Origin: Octopus bimaculoides
Taxonomy: Eukaryota
Direction: 5' to 3'
NCBI RefSeq assembly: GCF_001194135.2
Contig: NC_068999.1
Coordinates: 9,407,073 to 9,471,072, forward strand
Length of the DNA stretch: 64,000 nt
Shown here one piece after another: positions 54,730 to 64,000 of the stretch (position 1 is the first letter of the stretch; each line of letters starts with the position of its first letter). A program made the position numbers and the translations under genes. The notes below the pieces were generated by a model that was given only the letters and a program-made list of their open reading frames with translations, did not search any database and was not told the DNA's origin.

Positions 54730-54940
54730 ATATAAAATTACGATTCAGTTGAATTAGGTACTTTAATTGAGGCACGAAGCCAGTTCGGTATAGTCCACAC
54801 AGCTCCAAGTTAGGTGAACAGAATGTAAATAAGTAACAAGGATGTCCAGGTATCAATGCAGTACGGTTGTTTCGAGCGGTTCCATTTAATCGATCAATGA
54901 AAATATTACAACCAGTGTGAGAGAAACCGCTCTCCTCAGA
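54730..54940 (-). mobile_element. Family D hammerhead-bearing repeat
   Basis: CTGAGGA (54939-54933), perfect 8-bp stem II gagcggtt/aaccgctc and GAAACAACCGTA; stem I is unpaired. Confidence 0.75.
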
Positions 54941-55047
54941 GATAGATGACCATATAGATTTCCAAAATAAGGATAAATCATTTAAAAAAAATTTATATTA
55001 ATATTAGAAACGAAAATAATTACATCGTTTCCTTATGCTATATTTGT

Positions 55048-55155
55048 GTTTTCTCTCAAATTGATGCAATATTTTCATTGCTCGATTAGATGGAGCCGCT
55101 CGAAACGGCCGTAGTGTATTGATACCTGACATCCTAGTTACTTATTCAATGTATA
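55048..55155 (+). mobile_element. Family D repeat, 5'-truncated, inverted relative to 54730-54940
   Basis: ccgctc-GAAA-CGGCCG-TA-gtgtat with palindromic ACGGCCGT; lacks CTGAGGA. Confidence 0.7.
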
Positions 55156-56586
55156 TATATNNNNNNNNNNNNNNNNNNNNNNNNNNNNNNNNNNNNNNNN
55201 NNNNNNNNNNNNNNNNNNNNNNNNNNNNNNNNNNNNNNNNNNNNNNNNNNNNNNNNNNNNNNNNNNNNNNNNNNNNNNNNNNNNNNNNNNNNNNNNNNNN
55301 NNNNNNNNNNNNNNNNNNNNNNNNNNNNNNNNNNNNNNNNNNNNNNNNNNNNNNNNNNNNNNNNNNNNNNNNNNNNNNNNNNNNNNNNNNNNNNNNNNNN
55401 NNNNNNNNNNNNNNNNNNNNNNNNNNNNNNNNNNNNNNNNNNNNNNNNNNNNNNNNNNNNNNNNNNNNNNNNNNNNNNNNNNNNNNNNNNNNNNNNNNNN
55501 NNNNNNNNNNNNNNNNNNNNNNNNNNNNNNNNNNNNNNNNNNNNNNNNNNNNNNNNNNNNNNNNNNNNNNNNNNNNNNNNNNNNNNNNNNNNNNNNNNNN
55601 NNNNNNNNNNNNNNNNNNNNNNNNNNNNNNNNNNNNNNNNNNNNNNNNNNNNNNATATATATATATATATATATATACATCTACGGGTAATGTGATACCG
55701 CAATGGAAAAAAATCAATCGTCACTAAGTGTGACTTAGGGTACTGGAGCGCCTAAATTGCTAGAAATAAGAGTTACGATAATTTTAATGCTGCAAGAAGA
55801 ACGCAGAAAGTATACACACATGCCAACAAGAGAGGCAACCGCCCCTTGACCGCCGTTTATATTTAACTTCTATGACCGAAATACGTCCGAAATGCAAACG
55901 AATTTTTTGTATGGAAAGGTTAAACTGATATCCGGAGAAGGATCCTGTGTTGGTATCCGGTGAAGGATTTTGTATATTATCACGCCTTTTCTGCTGTTCT
56001 CATATACCTAACTTTTGTTTTGCTATTGTGTGAAACACCATTTTGTGATCTTCTATTGTTTAGTGTCCTATTCGAGAATGGCAGTTTAATGCTTTTGTCA
56101 TTTGCGGCAAATTATAACGCCTAGGTTTTGCAAGTTGTTGTTAAAGTATAACTTAAGTAGCTTACTAGAAATTATCCAATATAACCCAACGCATTACTTC
56201 CATATAGCTGCTAATTTAAGGAATATTAAATGCTCGTAAATACCTCAGATTGCAGCCATAGAAGTTAGAAACTAATTGTAAGTACCGATGGCAGAATTCA
56301 TGAAAGGATTACATAGTATGGTATTGATTAGTAATAAAGAAATATTAATCCAAACATGCGTATTACGTTCCCATGTATATGATTTAAACATCGAATCTCT
56401 GGTACTGAATACAAGGAAAAATATCTAGGGTAACTTATCATGCCTGAAAACTGTACAGAAATTTTGTTACGTTCGTGCAAATTCTTGATGAGAAATCGTG
56501 TGTTGAAACTGATAATGTAATACATGATGGTTATATTTTGCCAAATACATACACACTATACGTTTAATCTTTACTTCAGGCGTAAT

Positions 56587-56760
56587 CTTTACTCCATGTG
56601 CGGGTAAGCGAAAGCAGGGTATTGTAATCATTCGTCTTTGTTCGTTTGTTTGTGTTAGCAAAATTACTGGAAAACGGCTGAACGGATTTTCACCAAATTT
56701 GGCAGAAATACTCATTGGGTGAGTGGTTCGAAATAATGAAAATTTGGTTTGATTATCATC
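56587..56760 (+). mobile_element. HINE/DINE-1-like non-autonomous element fragment
   Basis: gtttgtttgtgttagcaaaattactggaaaacggctgaacggattttcaccaaatttggc resembles the conserved block of Helentron-associated interspersed elements; recognised from memory. Confidence 0.45.
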
Positions 56761-57466
56761 ATAGATAACCTACAACAAACTACAGTAAGTTTGATTCACA
56801 GGCCATCATTGAAAAACGTTGAAAACATTTCCCAAATGCTATGCAACAATCTTCTTCAAGTCAAGCACTTACAAAGCTTAATTCAGTTCAATTGAAAAGT
56901 ATGGGTAAGCAACGCATTGTAAGCGGCACCATAATCTTCGAAAAAAAAAAAAAGTATCTGTGCGCAGGTTATCCCACCTGTCTCAAATGATAGGAGACAC
57001 CTGTGATAAAGAGTCGATGAATAGGCCACAGAATGTGTTAAGAAAAGGCTTTGAAAAATAACACCAACAGCAACAACAGCAATAATAATAATACGCAGTA
57101 GCAGGCAGGGGCTCTGAAGAGTTATCATGTACATTATTTTGTCTTGGCATAAAAGATGGGCTACAACAAATATTCTTCCCAATACAACAGGATTGCTTGT
57201 CCGTTGCTTGACCTTAACCAATTGAGCATGTCTCTTAGTGGCTGATATGTGCATCTCTGATCACGAGCAGAAGTATTGGGGAGCATCATAGTCATGTGTT
57301 GATAGGAATTTTGGGTGGGGTTTGGATAATTCACCTTTGGAAACATGGGTGTTTTGTACATCATCATTAAACAACCCCTATTCAGGGACCTTTTGAGCAG
57401 GATGAGTTACTCTACCTGAAGAAAATGCTGAGGTCCACCTGCAATGCCATGCGCTGTTTATTTTTC

Positions 57467-57523
57467 AGCATGTGGCGTATGATTAAGAGCGCGGGTACTC
57501 ACCCCCATGATTCCAGGCAATGA

Positions 57524-57596
<73 letters not shown>

Positions 57597-57735
57597 TCCC
57601 CAAGACACCTGGTGAAGGCTGGAGGATATATCAGCCGAAAGGTTGTGCTAACAACAAACAAGATGAGGATATATATCCGTCAAATGTAAGTAATGTAAAT
57701 AATGTACATAATTCCTCATCTCTTAGATATAGAAC
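57467..57735 (+). mobile_element. Solo Penelope-associated unit: tRNA-like head, (AAT)n, degenerate hammerhead
   Basis: Homologous to 60440-60660; B box deleted; core mutated to CTGGTGA and GAAAGG. Confidence 0.75.
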
Positions 57736-58877
57736 AGTTTTGCTCAAAGTTCGGATGATTGAACGAGCGTACCAAGGGTTAAAACACAGAAAATCACCGC
57801 TGTAAAGCTACACTAAATATAAAACAAATGTAAGATAATTATATATTTCATGAGTCCTTTCTCTTAATATCTAGAATAACAAACTAGAATCCTATCTATC
57901 CCTCGGACAAAATATTTTAGAGTGCCTCACATGGATGGAATCTTTTGTCTGAATTATAACCCATGGGATTGACTAAATCGGTTTTGGGGCACTGACGGTA
58001 TCAACGCTCATGCTGAGAGAGATAAATTGTCCCAGGGAATTGATATGCAACAGTGTATTTTTGCGTTAACTACATCATTTATGAGCACGAGAGAGAAAGA
58101 GTCATCCACCAGTGAGGGGTTAATTTCCATACGTTCGCGACACCGTGGTAGAAGAAAGGTTTAATGGGCGATAGCTAAAAGCGGGGTAATGGTAGGAAAT
58201 GAAAAGCAATCCACTTAAACGAAAATAAGCAAGGAAAAAAATCCTTAAAATGTTACAAATTCTACGTAGAGAACATTCTTACACGAACAAACAAACAAAC
58301 ATTACCACTTCTCTACATAACAATACCAAAATATTCTAGCAAGATACGTTTGCATAATGGCTAAAACCGAAGCAAATGAAATCGTTTCTTTTCATATTTT
58401 TCCTTCTTCATGTATGTCTTATTTCCGTTTTTTCTTTCCATTTTTATGTCTTTATTTAAACCTCTTCCTTATTTTTCTTTCTCTCATTTTGTTACTCCTT
58501 TATATCTCTTGTACACGTTCGATTTCTTTTCTGCTTTCGTTTTTCGATTTTTTTTTTTTTAGTTTTGCTTCTGTTTCTGTGTGTAGTTCGTTGAATAACT
58601 GCAATAAAATAACCCTGTTAAATGAGCGATCTAATCAATGTGTTAGCGAGTGGCTTTTACAGAGATTCTGTTAAATGAATCCTTATACCACAGAAACAGG
58701 ATTAAGACAGATTCTAGTTGACAGACGGATAAAAGGAAGATCTAAGCTAAAATTTCAATCCGAAGTAGCATCAAAGAATAAAAATTAAATAAGGTAAACA
58801 ATTTACAAGTAAAATAAAGCAAAACAAACAAATGAGAACAAAAAACAAAAGAAAGGGAACACATGCACACACACACA

Positions 58878-58924
<47 letters not shown>

Positions 58925-59285
58925 ACACGTAGGTACACGTACAAGACATACATAAACTTGTAACTGTGAAAAACATGAAATATCTTATTTTGAAAACGAA
59001 CTGTCAACGTTCGTAATATGATGCATATGACAGTATAAATACGTGCATAGCTACATACATGCGTATATATATATATATATATATATACACTTGTATATAT
59101 GCGGATATGTGTATTTTTCTGCATACACATTCGCAAATGCACGCACTAACACATAAACCCACGCCCCGCTCCCACACACCCGCACATCCACATTCACATA
59201 TCGTTATGTGTACAGAGGGGAATATTTGCATTCATTGTATTTCGATTCACTATGTACGAGTGTGAGAGTAAGAGAGAGGGAGAGA

Positions 59286-59323
<38 letters not shown>

Positions 59324-59676
59324 CAGAGAGTGAGAGAGAGAGAGAGAGAGATTGTGTATGTGATTTTACGAGGACATAAGTCTATTATAACTGTTTTTTT
59401 ACGTTTCTGTATCTTCGTTACCCTATTTATGTTCGTTGAATTCCAATTATTTTGGAACCAATAATATAATCAATGCTAATAAGTAAATAGCATTGTATTG
59501 ATGATGGTTTTCGTAATGATGACGTCGATAATGAACACGAGGATGCAGACGAGGATGAGGATTATGCTGATGATGAAGTAGGACAAATTGGGATTGCTTA
59601 AAATTATGTCCAATATTGTGATGTTATAAAAACACATAGACATCACTCGTAGGCTGATATGTTTCAGTAGCATCTA

Positions 59677-59804
59677 CAGGGTGTCCACAAAAATCAGGCT
59701 ACATGGAGTAAATAAAATCGTAACGTAAACAATTAAATATAAGAAATAATTATTTCTTAAAGTGTGTGTTAATCACCATGTACCCAGACTTTGTGGACAC
59801 ACTG
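59677..59804. mobile_element. 128-bp Tc1/mariner-type MITE
   Basis: About 30-bp imperfect TIRs CAGGGTGTCCACAAA...TACATGG / CCATGTA...TTTGTGGACACACTG, flanked by TA (59675-59676 and 59805-59806). Confidence 0.85.
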
Positions 59805-60047
59805 TACAACGTTCTCCGTGATTGTTCAGAGAATACTTACAAGGTAATTTTTTAGACTATAACGTTCTCCCTGATTGTTTTAGGTGTCTCGGTAGTTTCC
59901 TCCAATGGGATATCGGTGATGCAGGGAAAGTTAGGGTTGATTAAAATTCTGCGCAAGATAATGATGACACAAAACCCATAGATAATATTTGTAAGCTAAT
60001 GTTTTAGTCTATAACGTTCTCACCGATTGTTTTAGGTGCTCTGTAGT

Positions 60048-60660
60048 ATCCACCAATAGAGGAGAATATGACCAAAGACTGCGTGTACTCCATCCCATGC
60101 ATCTGTGGTAGGATATACAAAGGCGAAACATGTCGCCTCCTCAAAATAAGGTAGACGAACATCGCAAAGCTGTGACGCGAGGAGATATTGATAAATCGGT
60201 TATAGCTGATCATGTATGGAAAGACTGAGACCACCTCTCCCTGTGGGATGAAGTTAAAGTAATAGACAGAGAACACCACTGGAAAATGAGAAAACTAAAA
60301 CAGGCAACACATATGCTAATACACAACAACCTCTTAAGCAGACCGAGTGCAGATATGAGCAGCATATGGGAACTGGTATTAAGGAAGGACAGAAAGATAT
60401 TAGATTTTTTAAGCGCTAAAATTCACTCCATAATTGCCCACGGCAATTAGTGGTTAAGAGCGCGAGCTAAAAGTTCCAAGATTCTGAGTTCGATTCCAAG
60501 CAGTGACCTGAATGATAATAGTAATATTAATAATATCGAAAAGTACCTTAGGAATGAGAACCCAGGTCCGAAATTTCCACAAGACACCTGAAGAAGGCTG
60601 GAGAGTATAACAGCCGAAACGTTGTATTAACAACAAACAAGAAGAGGACAAATAATATTA
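60048..60660 (+). mobile_element. 3' part of a Penelope-like element: GIY-YIG endonuclease pseudo-ORF plus terminal repeat
   Basis: VYSIPCICGRIYKGETCRLLKIR/EHRK...IADHVW...VKVIDRE...RKLK, with a frameshift and a stop; followed by a tRNA-like segment (60440-60510) and a hammerhead. Confidence 0.9.
60582..60628 (+). ncRNA. Minimal type I hammerhead ribozyme motif
   Basis: agacac-CTGAAGA-a-ggctg[10 nt]cagcc-GAAA-C-GTT-gtatt; palindromic AACGTT stem III; stem I has one mismatch. Confidence 0.6.
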
Positions 60661-61679
60661 CCATCCAGTGAAGCGAACATGGAATAAACAAACGGATGAA
60701 CTTGTAGTCATAGAAGTTAAAAATACTAGTTCATGCGGTTAGCTGTCACCTGGAAAAGAAGGGAGGGCTTGTACGATGAAAATAAAAAAAAAGCGACCAG
60801 TACTACTCATATCTCCCACGAAACTCACATTAACTATATATATATNNNNNNNNNNNNNNNNNNNNNNNNNNNNNNNNNNNNNNNNNNNNNNNNNNNNNNN
60901 NNNNNNNNNNNNNNNNNNNNNNNNNNNNNNNNNNNNNNNNNNNNNNNNNNNNNNNNNNNNNNNNNNNNNNNNNNNNNNNNNNNNNNNNNNNNNNNNNNNN
61001 NNNNNNNNNNNNNNNNNNNNNNNNNNNNNNNNNNNNNNNNNNNNNNNNNNNNNNNNNNNNNNNNNNNNNNNNNNNNNNNNNNNNNNNNNNNNNNNNNNNN
61101 NNNNNNNNNNNNNNNNNNNNNNNNNNNNNNNNNNNNNNNNNNNNNNNNNNNNNNNNNNNNNNNNNNNNNNNNNNNNNNNNNNNNNNNNNNNNNNNNNNNN
61201 NNNNNNNNNNNNNNNNNNNNNNNNNNNNNNNNNNNNNNNNNNNNNNNNNNNNNNNNNNNNNNNNNNNNNNNNNNNNNNNNNNNNNNNNNNNNNNNNNNNN
61301 NNNNNNNNNNNNNNNNNNNNNNNNNNNNNNNNNNNNNNNNNNNNNNNNNNNNNNNNNNNNNNNNNNNNNNNNNNNNNNNNNNNNNNNNNNNNNNNNNNNN
61401 NNNNNNNNNNNNNNNNNNNNNNNNNNNNNNNNNNNNNNNNNNNNNNNNNNNNNNNNNNNNNNNNNNNNNNNNNNNNNNNNNNNNNNNNNNNNNNNNNNNN
61501 NNNNNNNNNNNNNNNNNNNNNNNNNNNNNNNNNNNNNNNNNNNNNNNNNNNNNNNNNNNNNNNNNNNNNNNNNNNNNNNNNNNNNNNNNNNNNNNNNNNN
61601 NNNNNNNNNNNNNNNNNNNNNNNNNNNNNNNNNNNNNNNNNNNNNNNNNNNNNNNNNNNNNNNNNNNNNNNNNNNNNNN

Positions 61680-61732
<53 letters not shown>

Positions 61733-62429
61733 TTACATACACATGTATACATCTATACATATATATATATAATATATACATACAATCTGGGCACAAACAT
61801 ATATCCACTTATATCTATATAGGTTTCTATATACATATAGATAAAATGAAATGCATACACACACAAACACAAAGCACACACACACACACGAACAGATGCA
61901 CACATGCACATACACACACACACACACACAAACACATATATATATATATATGTCCCTATCGCTATCTTGGGAGATAAAGTAAATAGTACAGATGTAGAAC
62001 ACCTGAGGCCCGTGTCATTTCTGTTCTTTTTAATATATATATGGCTTCACTCATTAATCTAATTGATAAGATGATCAGTGGGCGAAAGAAACACACAACA
62101 TTAACGCGTTGTTCACTTGGCAGGCAGCCTGTCATGTTGCTATCCGGCTGTTGATGATACCTCTACGTTTCAGGTAAGATACCTTACTTTCTTTGACAGT
62201 AATGTGTCAAAATATGTTTTTAATCAATTTCAGTTGATTTGGTAGATATATCAATGTGTCGGGCGGGACAGCTTTAAATAAAGTCCTTCCGTACTTTCAT
62301 ATATACTAATTATCAAACATATATTTAAGTTCATAATTTGCCCTCATTTATCAGTTGCCTAGGTTAGGATTGCGCCAGAATATGACAGATGCTACGGTAG
62401 ATGAAAAGCTTCAGATACATGTTATATCT

Positions 62430-62485
62430 TTTATTGATTCAGTTGTTTCAGTTATCAGACTGCGGCCATCCTGGAGCAAATCTTT
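62430..62485 (-). mobile_element. Family B-type 3' tail fragment
   Basis: Reverse complement gctccaggatggccgcagtctgataactgaaacaa matches the tail at 1050-1085. Confidence 0.4.
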
Positions 62486-63147
62486 GAAGTGTTCAGTCGA
62501 ACGATTCTAGCACAGTATTTAATTACGTTTTAAAGTATGGTACTTAAATATCGGCTTCTGACAAACTTTCAGTTTACAGGAGGTTAAAAATCTCAATGTA
62601 TGCCTGTATATATATATATATATATATATNNNNNNNNNNNNNNNNNNNNNNNNNNNNNNNNNNNNNNNNNNNNNNNNNNNNNNNNNNNNNNNNNNNNNNN
62701 NNNNNNNNNNNNNNNNNNNNNNNNNNNNNNNNNNNNNNNNNNNNNNNNNNNNNNNNNNNNNNNNNNNNNNNNNNNNNNNNNNNNNNNNNNNNNNNNNNNN
62801 NNNNNNNNNNNNNNNNNNNNNNNNNNNNNNNNNNNNNNNNNNNNNNNNNNNNNNNNNNNNNNNNNNNNNNNNNNNNNNNNNNNNNNNNNNNNNNNNNNNN
62901 NNNNNNNNNNNNNNNNNNNNNNNNNNNNNNNNNNNNNNNNNNNNNNNNNNNNNNNNNNNNNNNNNNNNNNNNNNNNNNNNNNNNNNNNNNNNNNNNNNNN
63001 NNNNNNNNNNNNNNNNNNNNNNNNNNNNNNNNNNNNNNNNNNNNNNNNNNNNNNNNNNNNNNNNNNNNNNNNNNNNNNNNNNNNNNNNNNNNNNNNNNTA
63101 TATATATATATATATTCATATATATCTATATCTATATATACATATGC

Positions 63148-63183
<36 letters not shown>

Positions 63184-63779
63184 ATATTGTGAAAACAGAT
63201 TTAGCGGTTATAATAACCGACTAAGGGATAAAATATCCGTATATATTATCGGTATCCATTACCCGTGTTATCCTCGCGCAATGGTGTGCAGGCACACCAT
63301 ACATATAGAGTGCAGGTATCAACAGGATAAACTAGAAATAATGTTAACGACGATGATTGATGCTATGTATGTGAGTGAACGAAACTTGGGGTTTATACTG
63401 ATGGCGTAGAATGGACTAAAAGTTTCTTGGAGGCTGTGTTCAGTGTTGACATCAACAACAAAAATAAAACGTAGTTGGCCAAGTGTTCGCTCCAGGGCTG
63501 GTGTGTAGCAGAACGATATTGCTTCGTTTTAACATAGCAAATGACATCTGGACTCATCTATTGGTAACCTCGTCTGCGACTCGGAAAACCTGAAGTCAAC
63601 GACTAAAAGAACGAAATGTGAAACGTTAAACGTAAAACACAAGAGCAGCGGCAACACCAGTTTTGGAACAAAATTATTGCTTCCCCGAGGAAATGCGAAG
63701 ACAGTTGTTGGAGACAGTCTACGTGGAACTGACAGAATCATTTACCAAAGATGATGAGGCAAAGAATGCAGTCGCTGCT

Positions 63780-63795
63780 TATGATGATGATGATA

Positions 63796-63829
<34 letters not shown>

Positions 63830-64000
63830 CGGAGTTGATGAAGAGGATAATGCTGATAGTGATGAGCATGATGATCATAACGATGAAGATGACGACGGCG
63901 ATGACAATGATGACGTCATCGAAGACAACGATGACAGTACAGAGACAACGACTATAGTGTAGATAATTATAATGGTGGTGGTGGTGGTGGTGGTGATGAT
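63780..64000. repeat. (GAT)/(GAC)/(GGT) compound microsatellite
   Basis: Directly visible. Confidence 0.9.

Overview
Eukaryotic, AT-rich (roughly 30-35% GC) and very microsatellite-dense DNA. About 24 assembly gaps (roughly 8.5 kb of N) are present, most bordered by (AT)n or trinucleotide runs, typical of a short-read assembly. The repeat families look like those of a coleoid cephalopod, most likely Octopus; this is inferred from recognising the repeats, not from a search. Almost all ORFs in the supplied track are microsatellite or N artefacts. Supportable content: three tRNA-derived SINE families in many copies; decayed R4/Dong-clade non-LTR fragments, one internally scrambled; a Penelope-like GIY-YIG fragment; a Tc1/mariner-type MITE; and a HINE-like element. 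The most notable signal is three distinct small repeat families carrying minimal type I hammerhead ribozyme motifs. One copy (30087-30172) has a complete fold. In another family the ribozyme sits downstream of a tRNA-like Pol III head. There are also phase-compatible candidate minus-strand exons (20638-20426, 8311-8197, 7032-6954) for an unrecognised protein with a hydrophobic C-terminus, two long hairpins and an Illumina adapter remnant. No confidently identifiable host gene, rRNA, true tRNA or CRISPR array was found.
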